Of a DNA stretch of 64,000 bases, positions 12,915 to 24,822 are shown in pieces. Each line of letters begins with the position of its first letter. Position 1 is the first letter of the stretch. The DNA lies in the NCBI GenBank assembly GCA_951406725.2, contig OX597814.1, forward strand, positions 23,002,001-23,066,000, in the 5' to 3' direction. The position numbers and the translations under genes are program-made. The stretch comes from Octopus vulgaris (Eukaryota). The notes below the pieces were generated by a model that was given only the letters and a program-made list of their open reading frames with translations, was not told the origin of the DNA and made no database searches.

Positions 12915-13617
12915 TAGGTTTGCTATAGTGCTTGAGAAGACCTGTCAAGCCAAGTGAGATCGTAGTGGAGTCCGATGCCAGTGTCACATAACTCTTCAAA
13001 CATTGGGTGATATGCTGTGCTTGAGAAGACCTGTAAAGCCAAGTGAAATTCATAATTGTGGCTGATGCCAGTGCCACTTGACTGGCACCTGTGCTGGTGG
13101 CATGTAAAAAGCACCATTCAAGAATTGGGCCTCATGGAGACAGTGGCAGGTGACTGAGACCTTTGGAGATATACTGTGCTTGTGTAGACCTGTGGAGTCA
13201 AGTGAGATCATAGATGTGGCTGATGCTGGTGTCATGTCAATGGTACCTGTGCTGGTGGCATGTAAAAAGCACCATTCAAGCATTGGGCCTCATGGAGACA
13301 GTAACAGGTGACTGAGACCTTTGGAGATATACTGTGCTTGTGTAGACCTGTGGAGTCAAGTGAGGTCATAGATGTGGCTGATGCTGGTGTCATGTCAATG
13401 GCACTTGTGCTGGTGGCATATAAAGAGCACCTACTACACTCTTGGAGTGATTGGCATTAGGAAGGGCATCCAGCCATAGAAACCTTGCCAAATCAGACTG
13501 GAACCTGGTGCAGCTCCCTGGCTTACTAGTTTTCATTCAAACTGTCCAATCTATGCCAGCATGGAAAGCAGATGTTAAACGATAATGATGATGTTGATGA
13601 CGATGATGATGATGAAT
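12915..13617 (+). mobile_element. RTE LINE 3'UTR (family F) with 158-bp tandem units and (GAT)n tail
   Basis: Unit starts at 13101, 13259 and 13417. The terminal GGAAGGGCATCCAGC..CAGCATGGAAAG..GTTAAACGAT(GAT)n matches the end of the RTE at 50290-51865. Confidence 0.85.
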
Positions 13618-13661
13618 GAAGTATGTATGGTTTTGGTATTCTATGTATAAAAGAATTTCTT

Positions 13662-13972
13662 AAAAAGCACCATCCGAACGTGGCAGATGCTAGCGCCACC
13701 TGGCTGGTGTCTGTGTTGGTGACACATAAAAGCACCAACTGACCGAGGCCGTTTGCCAGCCTCCTCTGGCCCCTGTCCCAGTGGCACGTAAAAAGCACCC
13801 ACTACACACATGGAGTGGTTGGCATTTGGAAGGGCATCCAGCTGTAGAAACACTGCCAGATCAGACTGGAGTAGCCTCCTGGCTTCCCAGACCCCACTCA
13901 AACCATCCAACCCATGCTAGCATGGAAAACAGACGTTAAACGATGATGATGATGATGATGATCATGATCATG
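13662..13972 (+). mobile_element. Family F (RTE 3'UTR-type) copy
   Basis: AAAAGCACC..GGAAGGGCATCCAGCTGTAGAAAC..GCATGGAAAACAGACGTTAAAC(GAT)n. Confidence 0.85.
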
Positions 13973-15159
13973 ACTACTTTCTTCGGCTATTATGGCTTTA
14001 AAATTGCAATTACAATCAAATGCGGTAAAGATTAATTTATCATTTCATTGGGCTTTTGAAAATGTGCAGGTAAAAGGTATTGTCTGTATGGCATTATTTG
14101 AGTTTCTAAACCATTTTGATGCTTTGTCAAATGTTGTACAATTTTGTTCATTGTCTATCACTCTAGACCCAATATTCACAAATAAACCAGCTTTACTTGA
14201 TACTCCTTTGTTAGGAAGTATCTGAATTCCCTTATGCAAAATTCAGAAATTTTACTATATTGTGTTTTGATGGAATGTCAAATTATCTGATCTTGCTTTG
14301 CTGTCCATTTTAATTCACTGGTTGGTAACTTTTAAACTGAATAAATTGTTGCACAATCTATAATCCTTTGATCAATTTAGACGTTATGTATAGACATTGA
14401 TAAATATAAATATATGTATGTATGTGTATGTGTATGTACACACACATACAGACACACATAACATCAACCACCACCTATTCCCAGCATGTTATCTGAAAAA
14501 GATACAAGGGACATAACTGTTTTTATAGATAAGTAGCTCTTATCATAACAGTCTATGCTGTGGCCTCTGATTATATATTTACGGCAGATTAATCGAAGTT
14601 TATCACATGTATTGATTACCTTTTATTTTGTTCAATGCACTTTGGCCAAACATAGTACCATATAGCTAAGTAACTGAACACATTATCAGTAATGCAGAAA
14701 ATTGATTATAATAAAGAATATCCCAATAGATATTAATAATATCTACATGAAGCAGTAAATGTAGTAATGGGAGGATGTTATCAAAAGAATGAGTTGAAAA
14801 GTTGACTTCTGTGATACTATCAGCAGAAACTCAACAACAAAACTTTTGAAATTTAGAACACAAATACACCCACTTACTATGTTACTATGTTTTGAAGTCC
14901 TTGAACATATTCCTATAGAGTTCATAGATATGGTGAGTAAATTAATATTTAAGCAAACCTAGCATAGATGTAAAGATATTCAATCAATAGTAAGACAAAG
15001 CCTAAATTGATATAGGGTGATACAAAATTATTCTGAACAAAAAAAAAAAAAGAAAACCAACTATGTATTACCCTAAATGACTATCAGGAAATTTTTTTGA
15101 TACAGCTCAAAAGTAGTTTAATATATTCTGCAAAGAAGGAACTTTGCATTGTTAGTAAA

Positions 15160-15792
15160 CACATATTTGGTAGACAGAGTGGATGTAAGTGGTGGATGTG
15201 AAGCAGCTGTGACAGCAAGAGCGAGACTTGGCTGGGTGAAGTTCAGGAGATGTGGAGTATTGTTATATGGGAAAGGGTTCTCATTAAAGATGAAAGGAAG
15301 AGTATGTAAGAGTTGTGTGAGAGCTGCAATGCTGTATGGGAGTGAGACATGGTGTCTGAGGGAGAGAGAGATTGTAATTTTGAAAAGGATTGAGAGAGCA
15401 ATGGTGAGAGAAATGTGTGGGATGAAGCTATTTGATAAGAGGAGAACTGAGGATTTGATGGGAATGCTGGGGCTGGTGTAATCGGTGGAATGGTTGGAAA
15501 GGGTGAATGAGGTGAGGTGGTATGGGGATGTGTTGAGGAGGGATGAAGAGCATAGTTCTGAGGAGGGTGATTGCATTTGAGGTAAATGGAGCATGAAAGA
15601 AAGGTAGACCGAGGAAAAGGTGGAAGGGACAGGTGGAGGAGGAGCTTGAGAGGGTTGGTTTGAAAAAAAAAGGATGCCCAAGACTGGGCAAGATGGTGTG
15701 AAGGTGGTTGCTATGGCATTGAGGTAGATCTGACCACCCCATTAACAGGGACAAAACCCAGATTCAAAGCACTGGATGATTATGATGATGAT
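15160..15792 (+). mobile_element. 5'-truncated RTE LINE (post-RT region to 3' end)
   Basis: GGCEAAVTARARLGWVKFR..KGRVCKSCVRAAMLYGSETW..RWYGDVLR..GRPRKRW, followed by a (GAT)n tail. Confidence 0.92.
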
Positions 15793-15856
15793 ACTGAATA
15801 ATATTCCAGGTTTTGTTTCCATACCTAGAATTTCTTCTCCATTTCTGCTAAAGATT

Positions 15857-16850
15857 CTACAATAAGAGCAAGATCATCATAGCAGTTCCCACAGACATCC
15901 AGTTTTGAATTCCTCTGTCATGACCTGGAGAACTATAAGGAATAAGAGTGGGCTGAGAATTGAGCCCTGGTGAACCTCTACCCGTATGCAAAAATTGATC
16001 CTTGTATTCATGGCAGACTCTCACCTTACTAACAGCATCACTGTACATGACTTGTACTGCTTTAACAAGCCACTCCTCTGCTCCTAATTTCCTTAGAGAC
16101 CACCATATAACAGAACAGGGAACTCTGTTGAAAGCTTTCTCCAGGTCAACGAAGGTTAAGTACAATGGCTTAATTTTAGCCAAGACTTTTCCTGCAGCAG
16201 TCTCACAGGGAAGATGGCATCTGTGGTACTCTTTCCAGGTACAAAACCAAACTGCATCTCATCTAGTTTACTTCTATTCTTAGTCAACTGAGCTTTAATC
16301 CTCTCAGTAACTTTCATGACTTGGTCTAGCATTTTAATACCTCTGTAGTTGTTTTGATCTAAGGCATCACTTTTACCTTTGTAGCAGCTAACAATAACAC
16401 TACAACAACAGTCATTGGGGATGGTGCCTTCCTGAATAACCTTATTAACTATATGGGTGATTAAGCTGTATCCTACACCACTGAAAATTGTAATCATCTT
16501 GGTGGTGATTCTTGATTGCTCAAGAGCTTTCTCTGTATTCATGTCCTTAACTGCTTTATATACTCTGCTGTTAACAACTTCGATGGTAGGTCCCTCAATT
16601 GGTTCAATATTTAGTAGACTTTTCTTCTCCCATTCATTTTCCACATGTTGTAACCTTTCATAGGGGCACTTCCATGCATCTTTCTTCTCTGAGTCACTAA
16701 GTGCAAGCATACCATTATCCATTTGCACATGTTTCTGACCCACCACATCTCTATTTTCTCTGATACACAGCTTTGCAATCCTGAATACCTCATGCCTCTG
16801 ATCTTCACACTGTAGAACATTTGCAAATCTCTTACCTTCAGCTATTCCTT
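15857..16850 (-). mobile_element. RTE LINE reverse-transcriptase fragment
   Basis: YKGKSDALDQNNYRGIKML..MQFGFVPGKSTTDAIF..FVDLEKAFNRVP, frameshifted. Confidence 0.93.
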
Positions 16851-17096
16851 TTAAATAAATATTCTAACAGCCTCCTAATATCATGAAACTAGTTATCAAT
16901 ATAAGTAGGTGGCTAATTACTAAGATGTGACTAACTTCAAAAAGGCTGAGAATTATGGCAACAATGCATTAGAAAATTGCAGATTTACAAAAAATATCTT
17001 CTAGTCAAGCATGTTCTAGCGATACAACAAACAGAGAGTACATCATCTTTCAGCAAAAATGTAGATCTGAACATAACTAGAAACCTATTATTTCTT

Positions 17097-17280
17097 TGTT
17101 GTGTGGACGCCCCCAGACGATGAAGTAGGCTAGTCCAATACATAGATATAGAGGGAGAAGTCTTGACGTCAAGAGAGGAGTTGGGTGGAGTTGAGTAGAG
17201 GTCATCCGAACGTGCGACATAACAGTGGTGATGAGGAGTTCATAGCTCACACAGTCACTGTGTAGTATTGCGACATAACA
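17097..17280 (+). mobile_element. Mini LTR-type element or solo LTR (184 bp)
   Basis: TGTTGTG...CATAACA termini with a perfect 5-bp TSD TTCTT (17092-17096, 17281-17285). Homolog at 45321-45648. Confidence 0.85.
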
Positions 17281-18542
17281 TTCTTATAAAAAATTAACCA
17301 AAATTATTGTTAGATGTTTAATGAAAATAAAACATCTAGATTGGCTACAACTACACACACATAAAAATGTTAGTAGTCAGCATAATAATAAGCTTCATAG
17401 GGCCAATCAGAAGATCCAGATAGCAAGTCTAAAGAGAACTGTCTTCTTAATAGAAAGCACCCAAGCAAAATGATTACATTGAAAGTAAGGGTAACATGTT
17501 ATATGAGTGGCTTGAAGATGGAAGCAAGTATGATATTGGAATGTACAAGGGTAGTTTCAGTGCCATTTCATTAGCTGATGTCAACCTTCAAGTATAGATA
17601 AAAAAGAAACACCACAGTATTTCTTGATATGTATGGAAAGTGAAAGAGTGATGTGTAAAACATTTTGATAAAGACCAATCTATCACTGCATAAAGCAACA
17701 ATATTAATTCTGCACCACAAAGAAATGTCCCATTGTAACCTAGTAAACCAATACTTAAAACCAAATAATGGAAATAATATTTAAATGTTGTCATGAAAAT
17801 ATATTTTACCCAATGGAATATTATAGTAAAAATATGGGATTAATCTAGAGCCTAGAGAAGCTCTTCCATAGTTCCTTCATGACATTAAATACCAACAACA
17901 ATTGTAATTTGTTGGGATCGGGTGGATACTGCATTACAATATTTTCAGTCATATGATTCATATGTCATTTAAAGGCTGCCTCTTGGGGAAGACCTGCATT
18001 TAAGTACTACATACATGAATGGAACAGTTTTGTTGTTACACATGCAGACATCCTAGACAGTGTCAACTGACTGACAATGATTTAAGCTGCAAACATTGGT
18101 TCACATATACATAGTTTCAATACCATCTGCTCTTCTGAAATAGCTATTTGTATAACCCTTCCATTCAGACCCACAGGACTCATCAGTCTTTCCTCTTCCC
18201 ATCATCACTACTTATAGAAAACATTTCACTTATTCCATCAACTCTGAAACTGCAACCGTTTGGAATTTCCAGACCATCAGTTACATCTATCAAGCCAAAT
18301 ATTAACTGCATCCATCAAATACCTAACCATTGTAGGAGGGCCTGCAAACTGAATGGGCATAACAATTCCTCAGGTAAAATTATAGAAAAATAAATATGTA
18401 TATTTATCCATATGTGTATGTGTGTGTATGTCCATATGTGCATGCATGTGTTTCTCTGTGTGTATTTGTGTGTGTGCACCTGTGTATGTGCATATGTGTG
18501 AGTATATTCATGTCTATGTTTATGTGTTAATATTATAGTATA

Positions 18543-18762
18543 ATGAGAAGGCACAATTGACTGAATCATTATCATGCCAGGTAAAATACCTTGCAGCATT
18601 TCAGCTGTCTTTAGGTTCTGAGTTCAAATTCTACTGTCATCTTTGCTGTTCATCCTTTCTGGGTCGATAAAATAAGTGCCAGCTTATTTATTACTGGGGT
18701 TGATGTTATCAACCTACTCCAACCTCAGAATTGCTTGCCGTGTGCTAAAATTCAAAACCAAT
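18543..18762 (+). mobile_element. SINE family B copy
   Basis: TTCTGAGTTCAAATTC..GGGTCGATAAAATAAGTGCCAG. Confidence 0.75.
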
Positions 18763-20999
18763 ATTGTAATAAAATGCATATTTTCTTGTAACAGACACAC
18801 TGATTTAATTCTAGAGTTTATTAATAATTATAATGTCGAAAAATTATAGCGGAATTAATTTGAAGCTACAAAAAATAGTTTCTCCAACTTAATTTAATTT
18901 TATAAATAATAATGAAGATGGTAACATTAGTTACATAATCAACATGATATCCACAATTTTGAAGAATACACTCTCAGTATATTACGTAAATTAATTCTTT
19001 TGTAACACAACAAAATGTAATAGTGTCATTAGCTAGAATATTTTGGAAATTAATCATAGATCATATTATTCTTATTTCACATAGGTCAATGTAATTACAT
19101 TACATTCATAAGAAGTTATATTTATATCATATGTATTATTTGCTAAATTTTACTAAAATTTCTAGTAATGTTCAACTGAAAATTACTATAAATTTAAATA
19201 ATACTATGGTACCATACAATGTTTTACAATTAACTATTAGCATGCCGGTTCAGTTAGTTTAGTTAGTTTAGTATTTACTCCTATTTTGTTAGCTGAGCTA
19301 TAAAAGTCAGTGTGTCATAAATATTACATAATCTTTCATTGGTTTTAGAATTGCCAGGAGAAAAGTATGTTATATATGTAGATTTTTGTTACTTATGGAA
19401 TAATAAACATGATTTTTATCACTATTATTTTATTTTATTTTCGAGAAAATTTTTACTGAATTGTAAAATATTGTAAGCATATTTGTTAAATTAGTCAGAG
19501 ATGGCATTTACTGCCATTGAAGACAGCTGGAAGAATTGAATCTAATATAGATAATTTAGTAAAAGAATTTTGCTGAATGATCACATTTATTATGGAAAGA
19601 ACAAAACAAAGTATGAAAAATATAGTTGATTGTGAAACAACCTACTTGACTTTCTGGTATTTCAGTTTTTCCATATAATTTTCTACTGCTCTTAATCTCA
19701 GATTCTACATTTTTGACAAAATTTTTGAAAAGTACTCTTTGACATTTATGAATTTGTGTTGCAAGATTTCTGATGTGAAACCGTGTGATGAAACAGATAT
19801 TGTTGTATTTCAGGATGGATTAAGTGGTGCAGGAGCACACACAAGGGCGTACTAAAGAAGGTGTCACTAAAGAGGCCACAGATGTGTGATGAAAGATTCT
19901 TGAGCAGTGGATATGAGTTAAAATACGAACAGTAATAAATGAGTGAAGAATGAATATATATATTGTATGTGTTTATTTGGTAAAAAAAATAAAAAGCAAT
20001 AATAACCATCTTGAAATACAATTTTTTAATCATTAAATTGTTACGTTTGAACCTGATTCAGAAGCAAGGAGTTTTATAGCAACCAAATAATAAAATGATG
20101 AAATACATCTCAGCATTTGTGCACTGATTAATATGTCATGAATAACTGTATCTTAGATACTTAAATTCTTAGTTAAATATGACCCAACAAAATATCAGGG
20201 ACTTCTGTCATTACAGAGAAAATATGTTTTTGAATAAAATGAAACATACTTGTGAAAATACATATATAACAGAATCAGTGAGATTAAAACAAAGCAAGAC
20301 ACTCAGAATACAGAACAAATAATTTCCAGAAGTAGAAGCAGTATAAATTATAAGAGAGCATCTTCAGAGTTATTCTTCCTGCTAGATAGAGCAGCCAAAT
20401 CTTCATTAATCCACAGTCTACCAGCTTAAAAAAGAAATATTGGATAACATGGTCTTTTTTTCTGTAATTTAATTAAAAGACATGATGGTTATGGCTGGAA
20501 TGACTTTGGGACATAAGTTTGATTAATCAGAGTTGATCTGGTGTTAAACAGCAGCTACCACAAAAATCACCATGCTACCATGATAAGCTGAATTACCATA
20601 TTATTTCTCGGGAAATAAATATAGCATCTCTAAGGCATATAATCTAATGCAAAAACAACAACAAAAAAAAAATGTTGTTAGGTAACTTGAACATGAATTC
20701 TATGACTACATTGTATGAAATTACAGATGGCCTATAATGTAGATTCTCTGGTCTAAAAAAACTCTCATGCTCACATATATCCTTTGCAAAGCTTTTATCC
20801 TAAAACATTTATTTATGCCCCCTGGACAGGCAACACCTTATAAAATGTAGCAGGTAATGCATTTCATCACTGAGTGCTGAAAATACCTACCACATATGAC
20901 ATAATAAACCATAAAAATTGAATTAAAGGATTTGTAACAGTGTGTATATATATGTATAAATTTAGATAGACACACAAGCACAAACAAATACACACACAC

Positions 21000-21033
21000 A
21001 AACATATATATATGTGTACATATACATATATGA

Positions 21034-21085
<52 letters not shown>

Positions 21086-21086
21086 A

Positions 21087-21143
<57 letters not shown>

Positions 21144-21144
21144 A

Positions 21145-21225
<81 letters not shown>
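21000..21225. repeat. (TA)n microsatellite
   Basis: Directly visible. Confidence 0.95.
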
Positions 21226-21630
21226 GATGAGTGTATTTTTCCCTTGTTAACAATTAACACAGAAAAAATAGATAAATAGTTACCAGGGTAGCAAAAAATC
21301 ACTCAAGTAAAGAGGTTGTAATTCCTTGTTTTTAAAGGTAGAAACTTCGGGTTTACGCGGAATTTTTTGTATAATATATAAATATATAAATGGAGTTTAA
21401 CACAGGTATAAATCAAATACTTTTACTTTCGACACATGTTTCAAAGATTTCACTGATATTATTCAAAAGAATAAATGATATAAAACAATGCAATCTTCTC
21501 TTCAGGGAAGTGAAGAAATGAAACTTGTCAATAAGACATTTTAACAGAAAATGGTGGATATGTATGGTGATTTACTGAACGCTATCAATTATTTGCACCG
21601 TTGGTGACATCCTGCACCCATATATGCATG
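21226..21630 (-). mobile_element. Non-coding PLE pLTR-like element embedded in (TA)n
   Basis: Flanked by TA runs and contains a hammerhead motif. Its right end TTTGCACCGTTGGTGACATCCTG is shared with 22691-22730. Confidence 0.6.
21425..21511 (-). ncRNA. Type I hammerhead ribozyme motif (slightly degenerate)
   Basis: Minus strand: ACTTCC-CTGAAGA-GAAGATTGCATTG..CAGTGAAATCTTT-GAAAC-ATGT-GTC-GAAAGT. Core boxes are in order, stems I-III can form, and the cleavage triplet is GUC. Confidence 0.78.
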
Positions 21631-21641
21631 TATACATACAT

Positions 21642-21674
<33 letters not shown>

Positions 21675-21893
21675 TCACATGATATATGATGATGATCATC
21701 ATCATGATATATGATAATGATGATGATCACAATTAAGAGTTATTAGTAAGAGATTATCATTCTGGGCAAAATACTTCTTAAGCACTCTGCTAATATAAGT
21801 ACACTAACAAAACAAAATGTTTCCTGATTGGCATCTTTGTATTGTCTTAAGATTACCTGGAGTTCTGTACCAATCAGAGAGCCTGATTTATGT

Positions 21894-21964
<71 letters not shown>

Positions 21965-21965
<1 letters not shown>

Positions 21966-22730
21966 CATGAAATACATAAACAAACGTGTTAAATGCACAA
22001 ACAGCAAGAAAAAATGGAAAGCAGGACAGGTAAACTCAGAGAAAGGACACATCATCAGTTGCTGGCTGTCTATCTATTCTTCATTTCGAGCATTCAACGA
22101 CAATATGAGTCTTCAAAGACAGTTGCTCCCATAAATTCTTAAATAAAATTTAGTATTTACAGAAGGTCAAAGTTGGGAACAAAAACATGACAATGGAGAT
22201 ATACAAGGAACTGAACAAAAATAAACATGGGGATGGGGTCGTTAGACCAGAATGAGAAGAAAATAGTGAATGCTGGGAGAAACATTTTTTTGAAAAGGGA
22301 AAAGATAGAAGTGAGAGGGGAAAAAGCACGTCCACTTACTGAACGTCCATGTAGGAAAAGAAATATGGTCACATGAGGAAAAGAAAGATGGATGATGGTT
22401 ACAGGTGAGCAACGAGAGAGAGAGAGAGAGAGGGAGAAAAGAGACGGTGAAGGAGAGAGAGGGGGAGAAAAGGGAATTAGACAAAGATGGAGGAAGAAAA
22501 CATTATAGTGTAGAGAGTTGCATCTAAAACAAGTGAATATAAACTTACTTGGAAATGGATAATCCAAATGAGGAGTAGATAGACAGTGAACAACTGATGA
22601 AGGGTCCTTTCCCTGTGTTTACTTGTCCTGTTTTCCATTCTTTCCTCACTGTTTACGTACTTAACTTATTTGTTTATGTATTTCATGTAATTTGCACCGT
22701 TGGTGATGTCCTGTACTCTTATATACATGT
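21965..22730. mobile_element. (TA)n-flanked element with long imperfect inverted ends (PLE-like)
   Basis: 21965-22085 is the reverse complement of ~22570-22690 (GATAGACAG..CAACTGATGA..CCTTTC..TTTGTTTATGTATTTCATGT). Confidence 0.6.
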
Positions 22731-23149
22731 ATATATATATATATATATACAAATTATATACGTTTTTATTATTATTTTTTTGCAATTTACTTAATCATTG
22801 ACATTTTATTGTTATTTTAATTTTAATATTTCTATTATATGTAATTTTCTAGATGGTGTAATTTAATTGTTCATTTTGAATTGATAAAAGGTGTTTTTTT
22901 CTAATTTTTTATATATATATTATATTGTGTGAAATTTGATTTAGTATTTCTAAATTGAATTTTTTCCTTGTAAATTTGGATTTTATTCCCTCAAATAATT
23001 CTATATATATGTGTGTGTGTGTGTGTTATTTGTTATTTATTATTTAAATGAACATGACACATCCATTTCCAAGTATACACACACACACACACACACACAC
23101 ATTTATACATATATGTATGTATATAAATATACATACATATTTATATAAA

Positions 23150-23168
23150 CAGACAGATAGATAGAGGA

Positions 23169-23230
<62 letters not shown>
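23150..23230. repeat. (GATA)n microsatellite
   Basis: Directly visible. Confidence 0.95.
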
Positions 23231-23231
<1 letters not shown>

Positions 23232-23258
23232 TCAGACATGTTAGCCTGCCATCTATCT

Positions 23259-24547
23259 CACTTTTGCTCCATAGTTGCATTGAATATGATATTACATTTG
23301 TGTTCCTGTCAAGATTAGTGGAATGGTTAATCAAATCTTGAAACCCAGATTAAGCTGCAACTGAAATTCATATATTTTTAATTTTCATTGAAGATTGTGC
23401 CAAGTCATTGGTGAAAGCTTGTATTTAGTCAATGATTTGTTAGAAATAACAGCTATACTTTTCCTGAAATCAAACCACATGGACTTAAACAAGGAAGGAC
23501 ACAAGAATTACATAGTCTGAAATAACTCTAAAATGTGAGGATGGCTATGGTGAGAATACTTTTGACAATAATTTTATTATGTTGCATTGTATCGTGTCAT
23601 CAGCTATGAATAATGACTCTGTCTTTCACAATCCTATAAAATTAGTAGTTCTTATATATAGAAACAGCAAATTTACTGATGTGTGTAAAGCTTGGTCAAG
23701 CAAGTATTAGCAAACTAGAGTTACACAGAACAATGCTGAATAAATATATACATGTATACAGCAATATTGGTTTCAACTTTTGGCACAAGGCCAGCAGTTT
23801 AGATGACAGGGTTAATTCTATTACATTGACCCCAGTGTTCAACTGGTACTTATGTTATTGACCCCAAAATGATGAAAGGGAACATCAACCTTGGTGAACT
23901 TTGAACTCCGAGCTTAATAACATAAAATGCCATTAAGCATTTAGCCAAGTGTGGAGGCACATAGCTTAGTGGTTAGGGTGTCAGCATCATGATTGTAAGA
24001 TTGTGGTTTCGATACCTGGACCAGGTGACGCGTTGTGTTTTTGAGCAAAACACTTCATTTCATGTTGCTCCAGTCCACTCAACTGGCAAAAATGAGTAAC
24101 GCTGTGAAGGAATGGCGTTCTGTCCAGCTGGGAAACACATACACCATTGAAACCGGGAAACTAGGCTCATGAGCCTGGCTAGGCTTTAAAAGGGCACATT
24201 TATTTTATTAGTTTATCATTTAGCCCAGTGTGCTAATGATTCTGCCAGCTGGCCACTCTAAAACATATACAGTAATATTAACATGTTTGAGTACATTCAG
24301 ACAGATCTTACCTTATATACATGTGTGTGTGTGTGTATGTGTATTTCCAGGGAATGATATTATGTTGGATCATACAATTGGATTTTGGTCCAGCTCACCC
24401 ATTTTTTTTTCACTTTTGCTCCATAGTTGCATTGAATGTGATATTACATTTATGTTCCTGTCAAGATAGTGGAATGGTTAATCAAACCTTGAAACCAAGA
24501 TTAAGTTGCAAATTAAATTCATATATTTTTAATTTGCATTGAAGATT
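23259..24547 (+). repeat. ~140-bp direct repeat pair (23259-23397 and 24411-24547)
   Basis: CACTTTTGCTCCATAGTTGCATTGAAT..CATTGAAGATT is present twice with few differences. Confidence 0.85.
23954..24216 (+). mobile_element. SINE family C (tRNA head, CORE/V-like body) nested in a family B copy
   Basis: A box TAGCTTAGTGG, B box GTTTCGATACC. 16-bp TSD CATTTAGCC(A/C)AGTGTG at 23938 and 24217. Splits the family B copy at 23766-24257 (-). Confidence 0.88.
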
Positions 24548-24822
24548 ATGTGAGTGTGTGTGTGTGAGTGTGTATGTGTGTGCACATATGTGTATGTGTG
24601 TGTGTGTCCACGTGTGCACATAGCTATGCATGCGTGGTCATGTGTGTGTGTGTGTGTGTGTGGTGTGTGTCTGTGTGAGTGTGTGCATGTGTGTGTATGT
24701 ATGTACGTGTGTGTGTGTGTGTTCATGTGTGCACATAGCTATACATGCGTGGTCATGTGTGTGTGTCTGTGTGAGTGTGTGCACGTGTGTGTGTATGTAT
24801 GTACATGTGTGTGTGTGTGTGC
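24548..24822. repeat. (GT)n-rich minisatellite
   Basis: Repeated GTGCACATAGCTAT.CATGCGTGGTCATGTGTG units. Confidence 0.85.

Noticed and set aside
13085-13430. CRISPR-like periodic repeats
   Set aside because: Whole 158-bp units repeat with no unique spacers, there are no cas genes, and the context is a eukaryotic LINE 3'UTR.
14800-14940. Open frame ending at an ATG|gtgagt donor
   Set aside because: No convincing acceptor or homology.
19814-19935. Possible exon after ttgttgtatttcag
   Set aside because: The open frame runs to a stop without a good donor, and nothing is recognisable.
23954-24030. tRNA genes at SINE heads (also 26682, 46603, 48152, 57950)
   Set aside because: A/B boxes are present but no full cloverleaf, and each continues into a repeated SINE body with a tail or TSD.
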